In this document: positions 13,359 to 25,704 of the stretch, piece by piece | Layout of the letters: each line of letters begins with the position of its first letter | Numbering within the stretch: the first letter of the stretch is position 1 | Origin: Octopus sinensis | Taxonomy: Eukaryota | Direction of reading: 5' to 3' | DNA: 64,000 nt | Assembly (NCBI RefSeq): GCF_006345805.1 | Contig: NC_043007.1 | Coordinates: forward strand, 9,362,001-9,426,000 | Made by a program: the position numbers and the translations under genes | The notes under the pieces: generated by a model | Database searches by the model: none | Seen by the model: only the letters and a program-made list of their open reading frames with translations | Told to the model about the DNA's origin: nothing

Positions 13359-13925
13359 AAGGCGGCGAGCTGGCAGAAACGTTAGCACACCGGGCGAAAT
13401 GCGTAGCCGTATTTCGTCTGCCGTTACGTTCTGAGTTCAAATTCCGCCGAGGTCGACTTTGCCTTTCATTCTTTCGGGTTCGATAAATTAAGTACCAGTT
13501 ACGCACTGGGGTCGATATAATCGACTTAATCCGTTTGTCTGTCCTTGTCTGTCCTCTCTGTGTTTAGCCCCTTGTGGGTAGTAAAGAAATAGGCATTTCG
13601 TCTGCCGTTACGTTCTGAGTTCAAATTCCGCCGAGGTCGACTTTGCCTTTCATTCTTTCGGGGTCGATAAATTAAGTACCAGTCACGCACTGGGGTCGAT
13701 ATAATCGACTTAATCCGTTTGTCTGTCCTTGTCTGTCCTCTCTGAGTTTAGCCCCTTGGGAGTAGTAAAGAAATAGGTATTTCGCCTGTCTTTAGGTTAT
13801 GAGTTCAAATTCCGCCGTGGTCGACTTTGGCTTTCATCCTTTCGGGGTCGATAAATGAAGTACTAGTTGCGTACTGCAGTCGATCTAATCCACTGGCTCC
13901 CTTGCGCCTGGAGTAGAAAAGTTAT
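13359..13925 (+). mobile_element. Trimeric MetaSINE-type SINE (duplicated at 14829-15394)
   Basis: Three core units joined at AAAGAAATAG|G(C/T)ATTTCG. Confidence 0.85.
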
Positions 13926-13969
13926 AGAATTCAAATATACGAAGAATCCAGCATATCATTTATCCGGTA

Positions 13970-14240
13970 TCTTTTATCTCTTATTAGTTTCAGCTCCAGA
14001 GATGCGGCCACTTTGGGGCATCGCAGTTATCTTTTCTCCACTTTGCTACTCGTGTGATAAGTGGCACTTGGTGAATGAGGGAATTTGATGTTGTTACCCA
14101 CATCTGCGTTACGTGCTGGGAGGTAGGTTCAACCGGAACTCTTGACAGGAGAAGGTCCAGTCCTATTTTGAAAACCCCTGTAATCATTCCATGTAAGTCT
14201 CTTGAACCTTTTCGGAGGATATTCAAGAGCTGTGAATGAA
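13970..14240 (-). pseudogene. 3' end of a CR1-clade LINE (duplicated at ~15439-15700)
   Basis: LNIL..RDLHG...VFKIGLDLLLSRVPVEPT...SNSLIHQ, followed by the tail GCGATGCCCCAAAGTGGCCGCA..AGCTGAAACTAATAAGAGATAAAAGA. Confidence 0.7.
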
Positions 14241-14294
14241 ACGATTATCGGTGTATGATTATATTTAAATGGGGGAATTCTTAAGAAATAAATA

Positions 14295-14740
14295 GGTGCA
14301 GGTGTGGTTATGTGGTTAGATATTTTCTTCCCAACCACATTACTCCTAGTTCATTTCCCCTGCAGGGTTTCTTGGGTAAGTATCTTCTACTTCAGCATCG
14401 AGCCAACCAACAATGTCTGGTCAAGGGAAACTGAACAAGACCATCACGCGAACGCACGCATACATAGACATACACGTACACTCACGTACATATATATAGG
14501 TGTATGTCTATATCTAAGCTTGTGCATCTTTGCGTTTGTGATTGTCCCGCACCGTTTGATAACCGGTGTCGGTTTGTTTACATCCTTGTGGCACAGCGAT
14601 CCATTAAAACATACTGATTGTACGAGGCTTTTTTAAAAAGAGAGTATTGGAGTCAATTTGTTCGACTAGTATGTCAAGGTTGTGCTTCAAGATTGCCGCA
14701 GTCCAATGTCTGAAGCAAGACAAACAAAAACTATAAAGGA
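14295..14740 (+). mobile_element. Diverged CORE-type SINE (duplicated at 15758-16203)
   Basis: Collinear with 1093-1498. Confidence 0.7.
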
Positions 14741-16239
14741 ATTATAATGGAGTAATGAGAAAAATCGACTGAAAAGGCGCTTTGTATGCATACATTCATG
14801 CAGAGATAATTTAGTTATAGATGTCAAGAAGGCGGCGAGCTGGCAGAAACGTTAGCACACCGGGCGAAATGCGTAGCCGTATTTCGTCTGCCGTTACGTT
14901 CTGAGTTCAAATTCCGCCGAGGTCGACTTTGCCTTTCATTCTTTCGGGTTCGATAAATTAAGTACCAGTTACGCACTGGGGTCGATATAATCGACTTAAT
15001 CCGTTTGTCTGTCCTTGTCTGTCCTCTCTGTGTTTAGCCCCTTGTGGGTAGTAAAGAAATAGGCATTTCGTCTGCCGTTACGTTCTGAGTTCAAATTCCG
15101 CCGAGGTCGACTTTGCCTTTCATTCTTTCGGGGTCGATAAATTAAGTACAGTCACGCACTGGGGTCGATATAATCGACTTAATCCGTTTGTCTGTCCTTG
15201 TCTGTCCACTCTGAGTTTAGCCCCTTGGGAGTAGTAAAGAAATAGGTATTTCGCCTGTCTTTAGGTTATGAGTTCAAATTCCGCCGTGGTCGACTTTGGC
15301 TTTCATCCTTTCGGGGTCGATAAATGAAGTACTAGTTGCGTACTGCAGTCGATCTAATCCACTGGCTCCCTTGCGCCTGGAGTAGAAAAGTTATAGAATT
15401 CAAATATACGAAGAATCCAGCATATCATTTATCCGGTATCTTTTATCTCTTATTAGTTTCAGCTCCAGAGATGCGGCCACTTTGGGGCATCGCAGTTATC
15501 TTTTCTCCACTTTGCTACTCGTGTGATAAGTGGCACTTGGTGAATGAGGGAATTTGATGTTGTAACCACATCTGCGTTCGTGCTGGGAGGTAGGTTCAAC
15601 CGGAACTCTTGACAGGAGAAGGTCCAGTCCTATTTTGAAAACCCCTGTAATCATTCCATGTAGTCTCTTGAACCTTTTCGGGATATTCAAGAGCTGTGAA
15701 TGAAACGATTATCGTGTATGATTATATTTAAATGGGGGAATTCTTAAGAAATAAATAGGTGCAGGTGTGGTTATGTGGTTAGATATTTTCTTCCCAACCA
15801 CATTACTCCTAGTTCATTTCCCCTGCAGGGTTTCTTGGGTAAGTATCTTCTACTTCAGCATCGAGCCAACCAACAATGTCTGGTCAAGGGAAACTGAACA
15901 AGACCATCACGCGAACGCACGCATACATAGACATACACGTACACTCACGTACATATATATAGGTGTATGTCTATATCTAAGCTTGTGCATCTTTGCGTTT
16001 GTGATTGTCCCGCACCGTTTGATAACCGGTGTCGGTTTGTTTACATCCTTGTGGCACAGCGATCCATTAAAACATACTGATTGTACGAGGCTTTTTTAAA
16101 AAGAGAGTATTGGAGTCAATTTGTTCGACTAGTATGTCAAGGTTGTGCTTCAAGATTGCCGCAGTCCAATGTCTGAAGCAAGACAAACAAAACTATAAAG
16201 GAATATATTTACTTCCTTCAAGCCTTATATTGCAAACAT

Positions 16240-16367
16240 AATGGGACACGGCCTCAAAAGATTCAAGTCGAACAAATCGATCCCCGTAATTATATTTTAA
16301 AACCTAGTGCGGGGACGTACACACTAACACCGCATGTCAAGCGATGGTGAGGTACAAACGGACACGG

Positions 16368-16399
<32 letters not shown>

Positions 16400-16606
16400 A
16401 GACACACACGCGCGCGCGCGCGCACAAACACGTGCACAAACACACGCACACACATACACATTTGTTTCCGTCTACGAAATGCAATCAGGTTTTGGTCAGA
16501 ACGCGATGATAGTAGAAAACACTTGCTCATGGTAGAGCGCTGTGAAACTGAACATGGAACGACGTGGTTGAGGAACAAGCCTCTTGCCCCACAGCCACAC
16601 CTGCGC
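16240..16606 (-). mobile_element. Diverged CORE-type SINE
   Basis: Minus-strand head GGCGCAGGTGTGGCTGTGGGGCAAG and the GTAGACGGAAAC motif. Confidence 0.65.
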
Positions 16607-17435
16607 CAATTATCTTATATAATTCACATATGCTAATAAAGAAATATAATATATCACATGCAAAAGTACAATACCAGTCGTCATTTGCTTAACATTACGT
16701 TAAGAGCGCCATGTATAATTTTGTCATTGTTCCCATGAGTCTTCAATCAGAAACACCAGTAGATGTTTACATAAATATAATCTGATAAGGAATAAAACGA
16801 TTCTAGCCGCCTGTGCTTAAGATATCAAAATTAGTGCATCTAATTAGAGAGGGCATCCCTTGAGAAAGTACACCAGTAAAATGAGTGGATCTTGTTGATT
16901 AGATTGTACCTGGAATTCTTAGGTGAAACATTGCCATTTATTGTGTCATGCTTATTCGTTCTGGGAATTATGTTCAGAGTACACGTTGGTGTAGAACAAT
17001 AAGCCATATCCGTGTTAATTCAATAGACGTGCAATTGAATTGGTTCAACTATAGGATGCTCATCGTCGTAAACATCGGAGGATTTTTCATTCCAGTATAA
17101 TATCTAATTAGTTACGTGAGCATCATGGAAGCATTTAAAAATAAAATGCATATTATCAGTATATATATATATTATAGATACTACATATATATTAATAATA
17201 TAGTTAGTTTATATAATGGTTGTGTGTATACTTGAACTATTTCCTATTTGTGATTCCCGTATTCATAGCTTGTACTAGCTTTGTGTATATTAATTAACGT
17301 TTTTAGTATAAATTGCTTAATGTGTATTAGAGTTTATTTGGATGTTTATTAAATGAATATATTAATTAATAATTTGATTTAATGTAAAAACTTTAAGGTG
17401 TTGTATTTAATTTTCAATTAATGTATATTTTGTAT

Positions 17436-17482
<47 letters not shown>

Positions 17483-17595
17483 ATATATATATATGTATAT
17501 ATATGCATATTTATTTATTCTAAGAATATATTTGTATTTTACAAGGTTATTTATGTATATTCATTATTTAATTATTTTATTATTGTAGTCATCTT

Positions 17596-17702
17596 TAACC
17601 TGATGAGTGGCTATATTTATATTGAAGTGATTTTTTTACTACTACTACTAATATTTTTACTATAATCATTTCTTAAATATAGCCACGAAACACGTGTCGT
17701 TA
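17596..17702 (+). ncRNA. Apparently intact type I hammerhead ribozyme with an ~80-nt helix II domain
   Basis: TAAC-CTGATGA(17600-06)-GTGGCTATATTTA...TAAATATAGCCAC (13 perfect bp)-GAAAC-ACGT-GTC|GTTA. Helix I is TAAC/GTTA. Predicted cleavage after C17698. Confidence 0.85.
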
Positions 17703-17892
17703 TTATACCAAATATATACGTTTTATTTATTATTTTGCACATTACTTAATCATCGTTCTATGTTTTATCTTATATTTAATATTTCTATATGTAATTTCCT
17801 AGATGGTGTAATTTTTCCTTATTGAATTGATACAGGGTGTTTTTTTCTAATTTATATATATTCGCACAAATATTTATATACATACATCATAC

Positions 17893-17941
<49 letters not shown>

Positions 17942-17965
17942 TATATATATATATATATATAGATA

Positions 17966-18001
<36 letters not shown>

Positions 18002-18260
18002 TGTATGTATGTATGTATGTATATTCAACAACAATTGAGGAACGGCCTCAATAGGCCATTCGACCCACTAGAAAGAGTGAATTTTTTGCTACCCTATATT
18101 GATTAATTGATGATTTTCAGACTAATTCTGAAATTGAATCAGCAGTTTATATTTGCTGCTGATAAGTTGGCGAGATTACGGTGGTTTTGAAAATTTTAGG
18201 GCAGATATTCCCGGGGCATAGATACTGCTGCCTCATGTATATCTGTCCCTCCTGGCTTCT

Positions 18261-18356
18261 TTACCGATGAGACGAGCCTTTGGTAGATTGACTTGATTAA
18301 GTTTAATTTAATTCAATTAGGCTGGTTTGCCATTAAAAACGTCGAAACAACGCATT
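18261..18356 (+). ncRNA. Decayed long-helix-II hammerhead-like motif
   Basis: CCGATGA-GACG...CGTC-GAAAC-AAC-GCA, with inner pairing TGGTAGA/TTTGCCA. Helix I is not intact. Confidence 0.45.
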
Positions 18357-19095
18357 ATTTATGAAAATGGCGGGCTTAGCGTATGGTATCTACGAATAGT
18401 AGTACCCTCAATACAATATAAATAAATATTTCCAAAGTGGAAAAATTTACGGATTTTTTCTCTTACGAGGTTTTTTACACTGACTACTGATAATTTCTTT
18501 TAAAGATTTTATCCTCAATTGTTAATTTATATTTTTCACCGGAATGGTTCAATACTGAATTTTTATTCCGAGTAAGCAATTTGTTACCGAAATGCATTGC
18601 GAATAAGCCCGCCATTTTCATAGATATGTAAAGATAAACATTCGTACATGCTACGACGAATTCCGCGGTTGGATATCGAGCTTGTAACGTTATGTTTTTT
18701 CTTATATATCTTGAGTTTGTTGCACTGATGAACATGGAATGCACATTCTGCATTAATTGCGAAATCACATGTGATATGTAACTAAATTGTTTTTTTAAAT
18801 GATTTGCTTTGAAGTTTTGCATTCGGTAATTTTTTTTTTATTTTAGTAGTTTTGACCGCATTGGTCCCTCTTAGCGTATAGTAGTACCCTCAATATAATA
18901 TAAATAAATATTTTCAAAGTGGAAAAATTTACGGATTTTTTCTCTTACGAGGTTTTTTACGCTAACTACTTATAATTTCTTTTAAAGATTTTATCCTCAA
19001 TTGTTAATATATATATATATATATAATTTGTTGTGAAATTTGATTTAGAATTTATAAATTGAATTTTTCCTGTAAGTTTGGAATAATATTCCCTC

Positions 19096-19172
<77 letters not shown>

Positions 19173-19201
19173 GTGTGTGTGTGTGTGTGGTGTGCGTGTG
19201 T

Positions 19202-19234
<33 letters not shown>

Positions 19235-19428
19235 TGTGCGTGTGTGTGTATGTATGAATGAATGTACGTATGTATGTATATAAGACAAATGAAAGACAGA
19301 AGGTGGATTATACGATAATTAATTATAATCACAATTGTTTCGACACATTTAGCATCAATCACTTATGGGTGGGACACCCAACAACTGGTTCAGGGACCTC
19401 CAGTGGTGCAGATGTACCTCGTCCGGTG

Positions 19429-19457
<29 letters not shown>

Positions 19458-19460
<3 letters not shown>

Positions 19461-19540
19461 CAGGCAATTCCATAATTTTTGACCGATTTTACCTTTTTTA
19501 AAATTGAACAAAATTTAATAGGATTTTAGAATGTCTAAAC
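19458..19540 (+). mobile_element. 5' terminal fragment of the mariner family found at 48378
   Basis: TATCAGG...CCGATTTTACCTTTTTAAAATTGAA..AAATTTAATAGGATTTTAG aligns with 48376-48457. Confidence 0.75.
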
Positions 19541-20476
19541 AAGGGCAAAAGAAAAAAGATTTCTATGCCAATATGCTGAGAAAAAGCTTTAAATCGTCAA
19601 TCAGCACATTATAATATACATTCACGTCGTGCTGATATCGAGGAAGGCAAGCTAACAGAATTGACGCTTTAAAGTCTTTTCTTAGCATATTGGCATAGGA
19701 ATCTTTTTTCTTTTGCCTTAGTTTATAATTGTTTATAATTTTCACCTTTAAAGGTACTTTAATATGCTGTCACTTTGATGAAATATTTTTGGGGGAAAAA
19801 TTTATCCTATATTAGAAGTAAATTTATTACCATTCACGTCGGGACTGGTAACCACTGAAAGGTGTGGTTCATGACCAGTCACACGTGTGCTGAGGTTTGC
19901 TAAAGGATTTTGCATTTAGATATAACTGGGATACTTATGTGTACTCCTAACTCTTGCTTCTGTATTTTTCCATGGGTGCTTGTAAGTATGTCATGTATTT
20001 CTTATCGTATTCTTCCACAGAAGAATGAAAATCCGCGAATGAATCCCGAAATTGATTCAATACGGAGATAACGAATTTTAAAAAAAATCTGTTAGCTTGC
20101 CTTCCTCGATTTCAGCAGGACGTGTATTCATGGTGAATGTATATTATAATGTGGTGATTGACGATTTAAAGTCCATTCTCAGCATATTCGCATAAAAATC
20201 TGTTTTTCTTTTGCTCTTGTTTATAATTGTTTAGAATTTTCATCTTTAAATGTATTATAATATGTTTCCACTTTGATGAAATATGTTTTGGGAAAACGTT
20301 TTATCCTGTATTAGAAGTAAATTTATCACCATTCACTTCGGGACTGGTAAGTTGTGGTTCATGATAGATAGATATACATATATATACATACACACCCACA
20401 TATACATGTATGTCTAGGTGTGTATATGCACATACGTATATACATCCATACATATATATATTTATATATATACATA

Positions 20477-20537
<61 letters not shown>

Positions 20538-21137
20538 GGATCGTCTCGTCCCTGAATATAAATAATAACCTCGTTAACTGTTTTACATTCGCTATCTTCA
20601 CAAGAGTTTTTTCGTTCATTTACATAGGAATGTATTGAGCCACACATTTAGACCGAAAATTCCTATGCATTTGCAACACTGGAAGCATTCTGCAACGCTG
20701 GAAGTACCGTTAGCGCGTTGCACAAAACGCGTAACGGCACTCCCTTCGTTTTTTTTACGTTCTGAATTCAAATCCCGCCGAGAATGACTTTGCATTTACC
20801 TGCCATCCTTTCGGAGCTGATAAAATAAGGTCTCTTTGAGCAATGGTGCCGATAGTAATCACCCTACGCCATCCCCTACATAAATTACTGACCTTGTACC
20901 AAAATTTGAAACCGTCATGTGAACCATTGGAGCATATTGTAATGCACAACAAACATCTTAATCTAGATAAGCTAACGGTTGTCGATTACATTACCATCTT
21001 ATATGGAATTCTACAAGTAATTAGGTAATTAACAAAGGAAGCTTTATCCGACTCATTAATCAACAGACAGATACCATAGATATTAGATATATTAAGAAAG
21101 TAAAAGTTAATAACAGTTGTAAGCATAGATCTAGTTT

Positions 21138-21245
21138 ATTTCCTGATGAGAAATCATTTAGACTTAGTAATTATTATTACGAAGCTACTATAATAAACAA
21201 TCTCTTTAAAACAGCCTTCTATTATTTACACAGCTGTACTAAAAT
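21138..21245 (+). ncRNA. Decayed hammerhead-like motif with long helices II and III
   Basis: CTGATGA at 21143-49. Imperfect helix II GAAATCATTTA/TAAACAATCTC. Then AAACAGC...GCTGTA, a 5-bp helix III with a GUA site. G12 is lost. Confidence 0.4.
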
Positions 21246-21289
21246 TCTTAAACGCAATAATAGTGTTCCAAATATTGTTTTCAAAATTT

Positions 21290-21660
21290 GGCACATGGCC
21301 AGCAATTGCAGAGGAGTGAGATAAATCAATTACATCTACCCCAGTGTCCAACTGGTACTTTTTTCATGGACCCTGAAAGATTGAAAGGCACAGTCGACTT
21401 CGGCGAAAGTTGAACTCAGAACGTAAAAATGGATGAAATGCCGTAAGCATTATGTCCGGCGTGCTAAAGATTCTGCCAGCTCATCGCCAATGGTGTGCAC
21501 CCAAATATTCTTTTTTATTCTAGCCACAAGGCCCAAAATTTGTGGGTAGGGGGCAAGTCGATTACGTCGACCCTAGAATGCAACTGGTACCTAATTTATC
21601 GACCCCAAAATGATGAAAGACAAAGTCAACCACTGCGGAATTTGAACTCAGAACGCAAAG
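21290..21660 (-). mobile_element. Two diverged MetaSINE-type copies
   Basis: The reverse-complement core occurs twice, as GAAAGGCACAGTCGAC and GAAAGACAAAGTCAAC. Confidence 0.7.
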
Positions 21661-22504
21661 GGAGATGTGCCTCGGAGGGTAACTTTCTAGGTGAAAAACC
21701 ATGGTCAGTCATGACCGGAGGGGGTATCAAATATATATATATATACGACAGGCTTCTTTCAGTTTCTGTCTACCATATCCAGTCTGAATGTTTGGTCTGC
21801 TCGAGGCTATAGATGAAGAGACTTGCCTAAGATCCAACGGATTGGGACTGATCCCGGTGGCATGAGGTTGGAAACAAATTTTCTTACCCCACTAATACGC
21901 CTGCGCCTATATCACAAACTTTTCTACTGATTTTCGAGATTAAATACTTGCTTCAATTTTTCACATAAGGCCGAGAATTTTAAGGCATCTACTCGAAGGA
22001 TAATCTCTTTGAAAAGCGAGCCTGTCAACACCGGTATCCATTCAAATAATTATCGTTAACACCATCAAAATTTTAGAAGCTATGTGTAGTTATTTTTAGG
22101 TGCAGTACAGTACTTGATTAGTGACATAGTTTTATTTTTGACCGTTTGATATGAAACAATATCGACCACAGTAGGATAGGAAATCAGAACGAGAATTGAC
22201 ATAAATAAAGGCCGAAAATAATTCTGTTCCAATTCTCTACTTATTTTGCCAGCAACAATCATTGAACAAATGATAATCATTCTTTCTGCCATTGGAACGA
22301 GGTCTGAAATTTTGTTACTTGGGAGTGGGATTGACAATTAAATCGACTGCGGCATTTCACTGGTACATTGTTTCATTCACACCAAAAATATGAAAGGCAA
22401 AGTCGACTTTGGCGGAATTGAATTCAGAAGGTAAAGAGTCGATAGAAATACCGTTACGTTTTTTGATTGACATTTTAAATATTCTCATAGCACGTTGCCT
22501 ACTA

Positions 22505-23064
22505 TTGGGTTGTCCGGAAAGTTCATGCCGATTTTTAAAGGAAAGAAAAACGTAAAAAAATACATGCCATTACATTTTTTATCATCCAAATATGAAACAT
22601 TGTGTTGCACAATGCGTCTCCATCTTTCCTTTAACAGGAAAATACCCTCTTCCCAGAATTGGAGTGGCTTTATGGCAAAGAATTCATCAAGGTATCTTTT
22701 TACACCATTCAAGAAATTGAAATTTTTACCATTAAGATTATTCTGCAGAGACCTGAATAAATGGAAATCCGAAGGAGCAATATCTGGTGAAGTGTGGAGT
22801 AACACATTCCAGCCGAGCAGCAGCAATTTTTGTCTGGTTCCCAAAGCATCAAGTGCCGAAAATGAACTTTCTTATCTTCTATTTTAAAGGATTACAGATT
22901 TAACACAGGTTATAGGAACATAAACTTACTTCCACGAAACTATAGTTGAAACTGTGCTCTAAATGGAGGTGAAATCAAATCCTATTTTATGGACTCCACC
23001 ATATTCTAAAATAAGTCGAAATGTAAGCTACTGTAAATCGGCACAAACTTTCCGGACAACCCAA
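22505..23064 (-). mobile_element. Internally deleted mariner transposon (560 bp)
   Basis: TIRs TTGGGTTGTCCGGAAAGTT..TGCCGATTT with a TA duplication. The N-terminal EDKKVHFRHLML is fused to the C-terminal QKLLLLGW..SPDIAPSDFHLFRSLQN..ERWRRIV. Confidence 0.9.
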
Positions 23065-23544
23065 TAATATGACAAGGGCTGCAATTTTGAGGGTAAGATA
23101 AACCGATTACATCTATCCCATTGCTCAACCATTACTTAATCTATCGACCCCGAATAGAATAAAAGCAAAGTCGACAACAGCGCGGTTTGAATTTAGAGAC
23201 GGAAGAGCCGTAAAAAATACGTCTAAGCATTTTGGCCGGCATGGTAACGGATCTACCAACACGCCGCCTTAAATAATATGAATAAGTTAAAATAACAAGG
23301 GAAACAAGAAACTAACGAATTCATGTATATGAAATAATGTTAATAATGTAAACTGAAAACAGGATGCTTGAACAAAAGAAAAATTTGTTTGGCATTCATA
23401 TGCAAAGTAATATAACCTAGTGATATATTTATTTTTCTCTCCCTAAACGCTACTCTGTAAGAATCCATTCATTGCTAAAAGCACCACCTCTCTCTCTTCC
23501 ATATCCATACACAGTCACACACAGAGAGACAGATAAATACAAGC

Positions 23545-23579
<35 letters not shown>

Positions 23580-23926
23580 TGTATGTATGTATCTATGTAT
23601 GTATGTATATATGCAAGTATGTATGTATGTATGTGTGAGTGTGTAGTATGTATGTATGTATGTATGTATGTATGTATGTATGCATGTATGTATGTATGTA
23701 TGTATGTATGTATGTATGTATGTATGTGTTAGTGTGTGTGTTTGCATACATGAGACAAAAGTAAAATTCTTTATTGCCATTTGTAAATTATTTCAAATGA
23801 TTCTCTAATGTTACGGCCACGCATAGATAAAAACAGTTATATGGAAGAAGCAGAAGAAACGAAATGAAATATAATGAAGGGAAAATAAATAAGAGAAAAT
23901 AATATATATATACATATATATATATA

Positions 23927-23970
<44 letters not shown>

Positions 23971-24540
23971 TATATATTCTATCAAAATGTTTTGTTAAAA
24001 TAAATGTATATGGCAAAAAATAATAATAATAAATAATAAAGGCAGATAAAAAATTAATACAAATGGTGTATAAATAAAAATAATTTTAAAATATTATTTA
24101 AAAGAAAAACGACAACGAAAATAAATGCTACAATGTCACAATAGGAAAAATGTTATCTCTGTAAACTAAAAGGTTAATGTACATTTATCTATATGACTGT
24201 ATATATAAACAATATATGCATACACATAATATATATGATATACACATCAGGGTATATATATATATATATGCATATATATGTATATATGTATGTTTGTATG
24301 TGATGACGTTTTTTTATAGGAATGAATTTACTGTTCAAGCGCTATGGTGGGACACTAAATTTTCGTGATGTTAAGTAAAGCTTTTAACAGACATATTGTT
24401 CCATGCTATTTTCACGATTTTAATGATGTAAACGTGTATGTATGTGCATAATGTACATATTCTACATAAGATTCTTTTAGTACGTATACATATTTCAATA
24501 TATGGATGTCTAGTTGTTTTTATCCATATACATATATTTG

Positions 24541-24575
<35 letters not shown>

Positions 24576-25023
24576 TATACACATAGGAATGCATGGATAT
24601 ACGCAAAAATAATTAAATATGTATATGAGGTATACCCAAATGCAAAGATGTATATTTTTTCATTTTATATTTTATCATTATGTACAAATATTAAAGTTAT
24701 GTGTTTATCGGTTTGTATATAATAGAAGTTTTCCATTATGATCGCTAATATACGTGAGAGTGCGTGTGTGTTTCTGAGTATGTTTGTGTCTGTGTGTAAT
24801 TGCGCGTGTGTGACTGCATCTGCTTGCGAATATGCGCTGTGTTTTAAACATGAATGCAGGCCATTTGCATAGATTAAGCTGTATATGAGTACATGTACAT
24901 AAATATGTATATACTTATGCAAGTTCGTATGCGTGTGCATATGTATGTACCAATGTTTGTGAGTGTAGGTTTGCATCAAATTCTTTATCCATCTAGCTAT
25001 CTATCAATCCCTCTATCTATCAA

Positions 25024-25068
<45 letters not shown>

Positions 25069-25087
25069 ATCTCTCTCTCTCTATCTC

Positions 25088-25137
<50 letters not shown>

Positions 25138-25394
25138 TACCACTTTAGAATAGCAAACACTTAAGTATAAATGTGCATGCAAGCCTGTACGTATATATTT
25201 GTGTGTGTGTGTGTGTGTGTGTTTCTGTGCATGTGTTTCTGTGTGTAAGATGTATATTAAAATTCATATAAAGTTATATATAGGTACGTAGGTAGATACG
25301 TCAATATATATGCTTAAAAACATGCATATAAATCATATAAACACATGGATGTATGTGTGTGCGCATATAGTTGTGTACGTGTGCATAGCGAAAA

Positions 25395-25451
<57 letters not shown>

Positions 25452-25510
25452 ATATACATATATATACATATAATACATATATACAGAAATAGAGCTAGCT
25501 AGCTAGATAT

Positions 25511-25579
<69 letters not shown>

Positions 25580-25671
25580 CGATATAATATAATATAATAG
25601 ATATAGATAGATAGATAATAGATTGATAGATAGATAGATAGATAGTGATAGATAATTATAGATAGATAGAT

Positions 25672-25704
<33 letters not shown>

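Larger units (their letters stand above)
13271..16203 (+). repeat. Near-perfect 1.47-kb tandem duplication (13271-14740 / 14741-16203)
   Basis: The ORF track has identical ORFs at offsets of 1469 and 1463. Both copies start ATTATAATGGAGTAATGAG. Confidence 0.95.

Noticed and set aside
13359-13925. Regularly repeated ~200-bp units resembling an array (CRISPR-like)
   Set aside because: The units are SINE bodies with no unique spacers, in a eukaryotic context with no cas genes.
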